The position numbers and the translations under genes were made by a program. A stretch of 64,000 nucleotides of DNA from Octopus bimaculoides. Lineage: Eukaryota. The stretch lies in assembly GCF_001194135.2 (NCBI RefSeq), contig NC_068981.1:199205348-199269347 (forward strand), given 5' to 3'. Shown piece by piece: positions 39,171-50,869 of the stretch (position 1 is the stretch's first letter; each line of letters begins with the position of its first letter). The notes under the pieces are model-generated. The model made no database searches. It had not been told where the DNA came from and saw nothing but the letters and a program-made list of their open reading frames with translations.

Positions 39171-39902
39171 CATTTGTCAAAAGCAGACCCTCAGAAAAAA
39201 AAGAAACAAACATTCAGCTGGCCAAGACCAGAAGCTTCTTAAGGGAATCAACCAACTGGACTGCTGGATGGCTCACTCCCTTAAAATCATCATTACTATC
39301 ATCCAGTGTTTTAAATCCAGGTTTTGTCCTCGTTAACAGGGGTGACTGGATCTATCTCAATGCCATAGCAACCATCCTCACACCATCTTGCCCAGTTTTG
39401 GGTGTCCTTTTTCAAACCAAACCTCTCAATCTCCTCCTCCACCTGTCCCCTTCACCTTTTCCTTGGTCTACTTTGCTTTCGCATTCCATTGACTACAAAT
39501 ATTAAAATTCTACACAACTTTTGCTTTCTGAAAGGCCAAAAAGATCAAGTTGGGTTGTCTTAACCAAACCTGAGTTTATACAAAGAATGCTATGAGCTCA
39601 GTTTTTTATCCCATGCCAATAATGTTTCTTCAAAAGATGCATTTCTTAGGGAAAATCATAAAGCATTACTTTTCACAGTTCATTCTTGAAAGGATCGAGA
39701 AAGATGCTCTCTACTGTCACTGTGTTCCAATTGATAAAAACACAGAAAATGGATTGATTTTGATGTATTAGACTGTTAATATAATAGGACGAGAGATAAA
39801 GGGCTTATATTAGTATTCTCAGTTTATATTCAGCAATCAAAAAAAAAAAAATGTGCGCTCACTCTCTCACACACACACACGTCAGCAGGAGGGGAAAAAA
39901 AT

Positions 39903-40605
39903 CATCATTGTTTAATGTTTGTTGTCCATGCTGGCCTGGGTTGAATGGTTTGACAGGAACTGGGCAGCTAGGGAGCTGTCCAGACACCAATTGTCTGTTG
40001 TGACATGATTTCTAAGGCTGGATGTCCTTCCTAATGCCAACCACTGCATTTACACAACACTGGCATGAGTACATTTTTATGTGGCACCAGCAAACGACAA
40101 GCCTGTATGGATGGATGACAGCAATTTTATTTAGCTTGACACATCTTCTCAAGTACAGCAAATCAGGACATCTTCTGTTCCCTTGTCATTTCCTCATTGA
40201 GGCCTAGTATCCAAAGGTCCTTTCTCACCACTTTGTCCCATGTCTTCCTGGGTCTACTCCTTCCACAGGTTCCCTCCACAATTAGTGCTTGGCACTTCTT
40301 TATGCAGCTGTCCTCATCCATATGCATCACATGATCATACGAGCAGAGTCCTCCCTCTTGCCCACAACATCCGATGCCTCTTATAAAGTTTTCTTCTTAA
40401 ATCATTTGCACACTGACATTACCCATCTGGCAGAGCATGTTAGCTTCATTTCCTTCAAGCCTTCACAGGTCCTCCGTAGTCAAGGCCCATGTTTCACTAC
40501 CATGTAACATAGCTGTATGTACACAGGCATCATGCAATCTGCCTTTCACTTCAAGGGAGAGGCTGTTAGTTACCAACAAAGGTAGAAGCACTCTGAACTT
40601 TGGCC
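39903..40605 (-). mobile_element. RTE 3' portion with tail
   Basis: Antisense of the RTE C-terminus ('ccacaggttccctccac', 'ctttcacttcaagggagaggc') and 3' UTR. Confidence 0.82.
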
Positions 40606-41639
40606 AGCCTGTTGAATATCTTTCCTTCTCCGAACAGGAGGTGAAAATTGCTTATGATTGCATGAAATTGTATCACTATCAATAACTTCTAACTCCTTGA
40701 TTAGCTCCAGTGAAACCAATCAACTATGTAAATATTACATTTCATTAAAAAAAATATGTTTTGCCCAACATCAAATTTCTCTGTATTTTCCTTCTTTTTG
40801 TATTTTTCACTATGATTCACCACTTCGAAAAACTTTTTTTTAATCAAACAATTTCACTTTATATATCTATATATAGATATACACATACACTATTCACATA
40901 GCAAATACTGGTGTAATTTCCGATCAATGTTTTCTGTTAAACCAGAACATTTATCTATTTTTAGATTCAAAAGAAAATTTTAAAAAAAAACTAAAAAAAA
41001 AACTCATACTCTTGAACACTTTTGACCTTAATATCCAACCATGACTTCCACTCAGACACACCAATCAATCAGTTTGAGATTCTCCCAATAGATCTATCAC
41101 ATATACTACCAATCAACCAGCTTCCGGCAGTGAACAAAATCCCTTCATGATTTTTAACTGTTTCTTCTTTGGAAATCTTTTTAAAACTTTATTTCTGTTT
41201 ATTTCCATGGATTTCCTTCCTCTTGTTCTTTTGATTCTTCTTGTCATCACTGACATTGTGGTCATCGTCATCATCATCATCATCATCTCTTTTGTTTAGT
41301 CCAAATTGTTCAATTTGTCTGATTGAGTGACAAAATGATTGATTAACTGTTCATCTATTCAGACATATTAAATTGATTGCAAATCTATTTTTTCATCTGT
41401 TCATTTATCAAATGTTGATCTTTTTGTTATTATTATTATTATTATTTAGCTTTCATCTTTATTTCATTTCAGTTTTATTGCTGTGAAAGAAAAAAAAATA
41501 AATACAAACCTTGAGCATCTTGACAGTCTTTCAGTGGGAGCCTGAATACAATGATTGATATATGCAGTCATCCTCACCACCACCACCACCACCACCATCA
41601 TCATTGTCACCATCATCATTGTCACCATCATCATCTTTC

Positions 41640-41900
41640 TCCTCCACTACATCATTTTAACATCCACTTTTCCATTCTGGCATCACTCACTTTGAGGAAC
41701 ATTTTCCCAGACAGAGGTTCTTTATGTCACCAACCCTCACCTCTTTTCAAGTCAGGTCTTATGGCCAGACATGTTTTCATGACCAATTGGATATGAAGGC
41801 CACTGCTTGTATGACAGTGACACTTGTTTACGACTATCACATCATGCTCAGGCAACAAGACACAATTGCACCCACTCAAACACATACATGCACACAGACA
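41640..41900 (-). mobile_element. Fragment of the SINE family with an RTE-like tail (see 62850-63252)
   Basis: 'gcttgtatgacagtgacact' is the reverse complement of 'agtgtcactgtcatacaagc' at about 63075. Confidence 0.65.
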
Positions 41901-43627
41901 CACACACACCTTGTTCAAATACCTAAGCCACAACAATTGTAGTATATCCCAAAATGTTTTAATATATCAATAGTAGAATGAAGGCATCAGTAAGCAAGTG
42001 CCATCTTGAAGGAAATCCAGGTGACAAGTTAAGAAAGAGCCACCCATTGGATATGGCGGAAAAGGAATAACGAAACCTGGCTGGAGATGTGATGATCCTG
42101 AAATGGAGTTGACATTGAATATTTGTCAGTTGAAACAGGAGGTAGGGTTTTACATTAATGAAACAGGTGCTGGAGCACTGTTAAAGCCATTGAAAAGGCG
42201 GCTCCAGAATGGTGTACACTCTCTCCTGATGACCCCTGAAACCTTGTGATAGCCAGTGTGTGGAGTTGTCAACTGAGTGCACTCGTATCATCAAGTTGTT
42301 TCCAAGTCTATCACAAGATACTTCTTTCAGCAAATGTAATTCTCTGTGTTTAACAAGAAGGGGAGATTCAGAGTGGACAATAAGGAACAACGAAAAGTTA
42401 GAAAACATCATAAAAAAAAACAAAAACGGTACAAATGAAGAACAGCAGTGCCTCATCTGATGTAACTGAACATATTGCTGTCTCCCATCACTGTGGCTAC
42501 CACCTTAGGCTCCAGCATGGTGAAGGAATCTATGTTCTTACTTGACTTATCAGAAACAGCAGACAAATCTTCTTCAAAGTGATTTTTAAAAATGAGAATA
42601 TTTTCTAGGTACACATCTAGAAAAACAAAATGATCAAGGCTGGAACATCTTTGATCAGGGGTCTGCTCAACCACAGCTGATCTGGGGGTTAGACAACATG
42701 ATTACATTCAATAATGGAATCAAAAGCCAGATACTGGTGTCAACCATGTTGTCTGCCTCTTCATCTAAGGAGAGTTATACCATATCAAGAGTATTCCATT
42801 CATAGTTAATCCAACTACATAAATGTGAACCCATGAGAAAGCTTCTACTCAGTCGTTCAACATCCCAAAAATAGCAGTCAAATCCCTCTCAAATTGAATG
42901 CTACAGTCTTCTTCAAAATGAAATGAAGTGAAGTGAACAATGTAGTAAGAGAAATACAAAAAAATTAATCAGACAGGATGGTCATGAGATGGAACATCTT
43001 TCATTTTATACTTGATCAGAGCAGTCTTGGGGTTAAACAATACATATTTATTATCGATAGAGTTATATGATACAAGTTTGTGTGTCACATTGGTTTCAAG
43101 CAGTGTGATAATTAGTGATAATTTGGAGTTATTGACTGATCTCCAGCTTTATTGATTGGTCTCTAATAACTGAATGAACTAGATTAATCTTCTTTTGTTG
43201 ATTTGAAATAAGGTTAAACATTTGCTGCTGGTCAAGAGGAACATCAACCAAGTCAATAGGATTGGTTGATGTGGGGACCCATGGCCATATGGGGGTACCC
43301 AGTTACAGGAGGATTATGGAGGCTGTAGATTGAACCCAGCAACTATCACAAATCTTGGAAGATCTGAAGAGAAGGACATAAGTAACTCTTCTTTCAGATT
43401 AAATCTTAAGAAAAAAACATCAAACGTTTCATAATTATATTGATGAGATGTTTATGATAACAATATTGATTTTTACGATTGGTACAAAACAAAAGAATGG
43501 ATGAGAGTAAAGACAGCCAGCCATTTAGCTCATTAGCCAACACCTAGGGAAGGAAAAAGTCAAGCAAAATTGAAACTCAGAAAGTGTAAAACTATATAAT
43601 GTCTTATTTAACATTTCCACTATTTAC

Positions 43628-45365
43628 ATCATTATCATTTAATGTCCACTTTCCATGCTGGCATGAGTTGGATGGTTTGACTGAGGACTGGAAAGCCAGG
43701 ACATTGCACCAGGCTCCAATCTGTATCTGGCAAGGTTTCTACAACTGGATACCCTTCGTAATGCCAACCACTCCAAGAGTGTAGTCAGTGCTTTTTATGT
43801 ACCACTGGCACGAGGGCCAATCAGGAAGCACTGGCAACAACCACGCTCAAATAGTGTTTTTTACATGCCACCGGCACAGGAACCAGTGAGGCGGTACTGG
43901 CATCAGCCATGACAATGATTTCACTTGACTCACCATGTCTTCTCAAGCACAGTTTATGGTCCAATGATTGACGGTTACTCTTAAATGGGCTGGTTATGCT
44001 GCACTGGCATAGGCCACAGCTATGGTCTCACTTGGCTTTCTAGGGCTTCTCAAGCACAACATTTGAAGGTTGTGCTTCAACCCTCATCCCAGGTCTTCCT
44101 GTGTTTACCTCTTCTCCAGGTTCCCTCCACTGTTAGTATGTGACACTTTTTCACACAGCTGTCCTCATCCAGATGCAACACATGACCATACCAGCACAGT
44201 CGTCTCTCTTGCACACCACATCTGATGCTTCTTGTGCCCAACTTTTTCCTCAGGGTACTTACACTGTCATGTGTGTACACTGACATTACACATCCAGTGG
44301 AGCATACTGGCTTCATTTCATGCAAGCTTACACATGTCCTCAGCAGTCACAGCCCATGTTTCACTGCTGTGTAGCATGGCTATTCTCACTCATGCGTCAT
44401 ACAATCTACCTTTCACTCTCAGGGAGAGATACTTTGTTACCAGCAGAGGTAGGAACTCTCTGAACTTTAACCAGGCTATTCTTATTCTAGCAGCTATGCT
44501 CTCAGAGCATCTTCCCCCACTACTGACTTGGTCACCTAGGTAACGGAAGATATCAACTACTTCTAGTTTTTCCCCCTGGCATGTGACGGAAGCTGTTTTC
44601 TGCACATTTTCAGTGTTTATTGCTCCTGAGCATTTGCCAGACTCAAGCTATTTTCCCTGTTATCCTTCCTCTGGTATTGCTGCACCTCTTGCATGTCCAT
44701 AGCTTACACTGGGGACATCTTATGGAGTTTCTACCTACACCTTTTCTACAGATTGAGCAGGGCCATCTACCCGAAGGGATTTGTGATTTGTCTGCCTTCC
44801 TATTTACTAAGACTTTGGTTTTTTGCTAGATTGACTCTAAGGCCCTTCGGTTCTAGACCATGCTTCCACACCGAAACTTATTTAGTTCTGATAGTGATTC
44901 AGCTATTAGAGCAAGGTCATCAGCATAGAAGAGCTCCCAGGGGCTGCTTGTCTTGAATTCCTGTTATTGCCTGGAGAACTATGATGAATAAGAAGGGGCT
45001 GAGGGCTGATCCTTGGACTCCTACCTGGAATTCTTCACTATACTCGTTGCCAACCCACACCTTACTGACAGCATCCCTGTACATGGCTTGTACAGCTCTC
45101 ACTAACCACTTGTCTATCTCTAGTTACTGCATTGACCATCGGATAAGGGATCAAGGGACCCTGTCAAAGGCTTTCTCTGTGTCAACGAAAGCCAAGTACA
45201 GAGGTTTATCCTTGGCTAGGTATTTCTCCTGCAGCTGTCTTACCAAAAATATAGCATCAGTGGTGCTTCTCCCTGGCACAAACCCAAACTGCATCCCATC
45301 TAAACTAACTCTCTCCCTAATTAGTTGGGCTATGGCCCTCTCCGTGACTCATTACCTGATCCAAC
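43628..45365 (-). mobile_element. 5'-truncated RTE LINE (RT to tail); one of the best-preserved RTE copies here
   Basis: RAVQAMYRDAVSKV...GVQGSALSPFLFIIVL, LEVVDIFRYLGDQV, IRIAWLKFREFLPLL, RRLCWYGHV; 3' UTR and tail. Confidence 0.93.
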
Positions 45366-45399
45366 AATTTGATACCTTTATCATTTTCATTTCAATAAT

Positions 45400-46080
45400 A
45401 ACAAAGTCCTTATTCTTTGCAATGTAATAAACAAAATATTTCTCAACTAAGTAAATTTTTCTTTCTTTGATTTGAAAGAATATCTAGAAGTCAGAAGAAT
45501 TTAGATTTGCAAATCAGCCAACCTATTTCCAGTGCATTTTCTCTGCTGTCATTCCATCTTCTCTCCATTCTGTTCCATCTCCTGCTTCCATTCCTCGGTG
45601 TTCATACTGTCCTAATTAAATTTTTCCACTCTTCACACAGAGACTGTGTAAAGACTCATGGGAATGTCTAATTGGTTCTAATTGAACTGATTGACCAACT
45701 GAAACTAAATCAGTTAAAATGTATTTTATTGCTTGTAAAATATCAGCAAAAGATTTTCATCCATTTGACTGACGTTCGCATCTTATGGTCGTCTCTCAGA
45801 GAACTTTGACTTTGCAAAAATAATCAAAGCCAGTCTTTTGTTTAAAAATGGATGACAACTCCTGTTTTCCTAAAGGTAACTTTACCTCCACTTTCAACAG
45901 GAGCACTCCCTTTAGTTAACTTTGAACATTGCAATTCAACAACATTATTTCAGCAAAATGAAATTAAAATAATTAAATAAGGTGGTCTTCAGTCAATTTT
46001 ACAGCATAGGTTCAATTCCTAGTTGTATTAAATAAAATTTCCTTTACAACATTGATCTTCTTGAGATAAGAAGTTAAGTA
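45400..46080 (-). mobile_element. Old RTE/BovB-like APE relic
   Basis: Minus strand contains a GNRLADL...F-Q-like APE segment; decayed. Confidence 0.4.
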
Positions 46081-46139
46081 TCCAAACTTGAAGGTCTTTT
46101 TATAAAATTATGGTCTTCTGTTACCAAGACCTCGGATTG

Positions 46140-46508
46140 GCTTCCATGCCAGCGGCACGTAAAAAGCACCATTCGAATGTGACCGTTGCCAGTGTCGCCT
46201 CACCAGCACATGAAAAACATTTGAGCAATGTCCTTGCCAGTGCTGCCAGTCTGACTCCCGTGCAGGTAGCATGTAAACAGCACCACTTGAGCGTGTTGTT
46301 GCCAGAACCACCTGACTGGCCCTCATGCCAGTGATACACAAAAGCACCCACTACATTCACGGAGTGGTTGGCATTCGGAAGGGCATCCAGTTGTAGAAAG
46401 TCTGCCAGATCAGATTGAGCCAGGTGCAGCTTCTGGCTCATCAATCCTCAGTCAAACCGTCCAACCCATGCCAGCATGGAAAGCAGACGTTAAACGATGA
46501 TGATGATG
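46140..46508 (+). mobile_element. RTE 3' UTR with about 4 internal repeat units and (GAT)n tail
   Basis: Recurring 'aaaagcacc'-ending units; terminal 'gttaaacgatgatgatgatg'. Confidence 0.88.
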
Positions 46509-46794
46509 AATTGTTGAAAGAAGAGAGGCAGTAACCTAGATATTCTAACATTTAGTCAAACTCTAAACATTTTAGAATATGTTGGAATATGCAAACAGAT
46601 AATAGTGCCACAGGGATATGAATATTAGAATCAGCAAGCTAAAAATTACCAAAGAGCATTTTATTTCCTCATCACCCAAACTGATGTTTTATAGCTGGTG
46701 TTTTCATCAAATTAATTTTTCAAGAAAGCTTCTTTTTTGGTTTTTTTTTTGGTTAATTCTACCATTTTCAGTCGTCTGAACATTTAGTTTGTAG

Positions 46795-46870
46795 TAACTC
46801 CTGCGCATGCGTAGAATTAATAAAGCAAGCGTTTCCCGCTCAATTCATTCTCTTTCACGCTGGCCAGCGA
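46795..46870 (+). promoter_or_regulatory. Candidate promoter: NRF1-type palindrome plus TCT-type initiator
   Basis: 'tgcgcatgcg' at 46802-46811 and 'ctctttc' at 46850-46856, with local CpG retention in non-repetitive DNA. Confidence 0.35.
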
Positions 46871-47670
46871 TTGAGCATGGACGTGTGTTTTAAAGCTGTC
46901 CCTACATCTTTCGGTCTTATACTCGACAGCTCGTTATTCTCACCTCTAAAGATGTATAACTAAAGATATGTATGTTTATCACCTAAATAAATGTTGTTTA
47001 AGTTGTTTAGTCTGGAGTTCAGCGTTCCGTCTATTTCTTCAATTTTATAGTAGAAAGTCAGGTATACAATCTAAAGATGTATAACCCACTTTCTACTAAA
47101 AGTTTTATTGCTATTTTTATTCTAGAAATATTCCCAGATTAACATTTTCTCCATTCCTCCTCAAGCTGATACCATTGTTTCATTGTTTCAGTGAGCTAAC
47201 ACTGTCATGCTTGTTAGATCAGAAACTCACCTCATATAATAATGTCTTCTTTCTTTCTGCTTCTAAAAATATGTTTAAAAACTTGGTAGCTTTTTAAAGA
47301 AAACCATCTATGAAATATTTTCCCCTCCACTCTCTCTCTCTCTCTCTCTTCTCTATCCTTATTTATAAAGCTATGATGTTCCTGCAAACATTGGCCATTT
47401 CATTTACTGCACAAATGAATGGGTTTTTTAGCATTTCTACGAAAACAGGACACATTCTGCTTAACAACAAAAAGTCTTTCCTCAAAATGTATTCAATAAT
47501 TTAACACGAAGAATTTATTACAGAGAAGCTTTACAAGAAATCAGGCGGGTGTGGGTGTGTGAAATGGTTTTTGTGATATGCAAGTTGTTGTTTCTACCAC
47601 TTGAGATAAAATGTGTCCGAATGAGAGGAAAATATAGAAACACTCATTCATGGAAATTGTGCTCGCGCGC

Positions 47671-47718
<48 letters not shown>

Positions 47719-47959
47719 GGACGAATGTAATGAAGGAGTAAATGGTATAAAGTTGTCCACTTTATATACAGCTCAAGCAATTAGCGCTCAAATGAAACTT
47801 CAGGAATATAAAATTAAGGACAGAGAGAGAGAAATTTCAAACGTTGGTGTGTATATATCCATTGAATCCATTTAAAATCATCGAAATCCAGAGATGCATC
47901 CACGTAAATGAGATGTTATAAGAATTTATAAACATATGGACCTACGAAGATTCATAAAA

Positions 47960-48500
47960 TAAACATTCATAGATATATAAACACATAAATATAAATAGAG
48001 AGATGTACTTACGAAGTCCGAATGTCCGTACTAGAATCAACGAGAAGAAAGTTGGTGTCAGATGATTCTGGAGCAATCCTAAACAGGTTCAAAAGTCTTG
48101 CGACCATTCCGAGAAGATCGATATGGACGAACCCAAAGCGGTTTATCTAAACTTCTCTCATTAGGGTTAAGGCATTCAAAGAGTTGTTAAAATTTTAAGA
48201 GATATGACAGGTTTGAGAATTTAAAAAAGAATTAAAACTAATGTTTAGTCGAACCATACTCTTCAAAGAGAAAATATTAAAATTTACAGATTTAAGGCCC
48301 ATTACGACGCTCTATATAATAGTATTGTAAGAAGAGTCCATAATATAAGGGATGGCTAGATTAGGATCTTATAGGCTAATTATTTGGTGGGGGTGGGGGG
48401 AGAATTAAAAAGTTGAAAGATATTTGTGTCTAATTACGACGTCAGATATTTTATGAAGTAAAGTATTTTTGTTGGCACGGAGTTTGTGGATCGCCTCCTT
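47960..48500 (-). mobile_element. Penelope 3' segment: GIY-YIG C-terminus and pseudo-LTR
   Basis: KEAIHKLRANKNTLLHKISDVVIRHKYLSTF* continues the GIY-YIG frame that is interrupted at 49780. Confidence 0.7.
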
Positions 48501-48501
48501 C

Positions 48502-49778
48502 GTTGGCAACTAAGTTCCCGCCGTTTTTTTAAAATTAAAATTTTTTAAAAGGTCTAATAAAAAATAACAACTAATTAATCAATAATTGTTGTTTACAACT
48601 TCTTCCCAACGTTCAACAAGATTTTCAATACCTCATTGGTAGAAATCACCCGATTTCGACTCGAAGGATTGATCCAACCAAGCTCTCAATTCTGCATTGC
48701 ATCAGTATTGAACAAAACTCCACGCATTTGAAAGAGATCGAAAGATGTGGAAATCCGTTGGTGCCAAATCAGGAGAGTACGGCAGGTGTGGCAGCACTTT
48801 CCTAGCCATGCGTTTGACTGGCTTCCTTGGTCATATTGGCGATGTGTGGGCAGGCATTGTCGTGCAGCAGAAGAATTCCATGATGACGATTAGGTCTTTT
48901 CTCTTGAATAGCCGTGTTGAGTCGTTCCATCTGTGGAACATAGAGTTCCGCCTTGACCGTTTGGTTCCGTTCAAGCAATTCGTAATGGATAATCCCTTCC
49001 CAGTCTCACCATACGCACAACATCGTTTTACGCGGATGAAGATCATGTTTCACGTGCGGTGTTGCTTGTTTACCGGGGCTAAGCCATTCCTTATGCTGCT
49101 TCATATTGATGTACAGGCACCATTTTTCGTCGCCAGTAACGATTCGATAAAGAAATCGTTGCTTGTGCCCATGAGTTGAGTGGTAACAAGCAAGCAAACC
49201 AGCGAAGATTGTGGCTCGTTGATTTTTGTTGTTGTCACTTGAAGCATGTGGAACTCATGCTCCATACTTCTGAACCTTTCCCATCGAGTGAAGATGCTTC
49301 TCTATAGCAGTGTGGGAACATTTCATTTTCTCTGTCAGTTCCCTTGTCAGTTGGCGATAATTTTCGTGCAAAAGTTGGTTTAATTGCTCTTCATCGAACT
49401 CAACTGGGTGGCCAAAACGAGGTGCATTTTTGAGGTCAGAATTTCCATTTTTGAACTTGGCATACCAATCACGAGCAGTTCTTACAGCTATGGCACCCTC
49501 TCCATACACAGCATAAATGACGCGAGCAGATTTTGTGGCCTTAGAACCTTGATTAAAAGCAAAAAGGAGGTGTCGAAAATGCTCGTTTTTCTTAACTGGA
49601 CTTTCCATTTTTATGATCTGAAAATAAACAAAAATTAACTAAAATTAACTTGAAAAAAAAAACAACAAACAAACAAACAAACAAAATAGATTCCAAAATA
49701 ATTCAAAAATAGAATTCTCGAAAAAAAAAAAAGATTCCAAAATTAAAAAAAACGGCGGCAACTTAGTTGCCAACCCAA
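48502..49778 (-). mobile_element. Near-full-length mariner transposon (D,D34D family), about 1.28 kb, transposase disrupted
   Basis: TIR 'ttgggttggcaactaagttgccgccg' with TA at the right end and a truncated copy at the left. HTH (TARDWYAKFKNGN..LKNAPRFGHP), IVTGDEKW..Y, LHPRKTMLCVW and HDNAR motifs. Confidence 0.93.
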
Positions 49779-50770
49779 TATTATATGGTGTGGCTTCTGT
49801 TATTATAGACCAATCTAGATTGAATTCTTTATTGTTCATTTTTAATTTATTGATGTGGGTTGCTAGTGTGGTTGAATTTTTAGTTTCGTGGTTAGTAAAT
49901 GAGCTTTTTTTATGCGCCCTATATCTAATCTTAAAATCAGTCGTACATCTTTTTAGGTTCATTAAGGGTTGAGACTTCAGCTTCATATATATTTCTCCTT
50001 AAACAGAAACCTTTTGGGGGGACAAAGCTCCCTATTATGACAATTACGTATTTTATTTGTTTTATTTCCTGTTTTAGTCTTTCTATTTCTAATATCAAGG
50101 TTCTTATTATTGTTCTTCATGTTAAGGTCTGCTAAATTATCATCTCTGTTGGTGTCATTATTTCTCAGTTTAAGTCTATTGTTGTATCCTAGATTGAGTG
50201 GGTTTGAGTATAGAGTGATATTTATGACCTAGTGGGAAGTTCCTACCGATAATGCTAAAAAATAACTTAGGGAGGTTTCTGACCTAGAGGGAAAAGGGGT
50301 GGGTGTGAACCATATAATTTCCCGTCTCCTCCCTGAGTTGTTCCTATTCTGCCCAGTTATCATTATAATTGAATAAGTTAAGATGTTTTCTAAAGTGGTG
50401 TTGGTTTCTATATTCGGTGGGGTTGTTCATGGAAGGTGTGTCGATGTTTGAATTCGCAATATTTGGAAACCATTTGCCTATTTTGTTTTTAAATATTGTG
50501 TTCTTAATGTAATATATATTTCTCTTGAATCCACCGTCTTTTAGTACTGTGTTATAAAGGAGTGCAAAACCATCGAAGATCTTTTAATTTGCAGATAAAT
50601 TAGATATTCTTATCGACACACATTTCATTATGCCCTTTTAGGGCCCTTTGGGGATGATTTAATTAGGCGCGGATATTCTTCATAGTTTTGTTAGGCTTAG
50701 GGTAAGCATAGAATAAGCCCTTATCGAGATTTAATGTTACCTCCAATATGTTAACACATATTTACTGACA
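49779..50770 (-). mobile_element. Penelope middle segment (RT thumb to GIY-YIG)
   Basis: VNILEVTLNLDKGLFYAYPKPN; FKIRYRAHKKSSF...TTLATHINKLK..NKEFNLDWSIITEATPYN. Confidence 0.85.
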
Positions 50771-50869
50771 TTTTTAAATACATTATCCATTTTAATTTTA
50801 TTTTATTTTAAAATGTTTCAGCTGCAAAGCTGCAGTCATGCTGGAGCACCACTATTGACTGAGCTACAA

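Noticed and set aside
41479-41541. Minus-strand 32-nt exon followed by a strong acceptor
   Set aside because: Donor and acceptor are only about 29 nt apart, too short for an intron, and all frames after the acceptor stop within a few codons
48013-48096. First coding exon of a host gene (MVARLLNL...)
   Set aside because: Lies within the Penelope pseudo-LTR. Splicing to the next good minus-strand exon candidate (47230-47261) gives an in-frame stop
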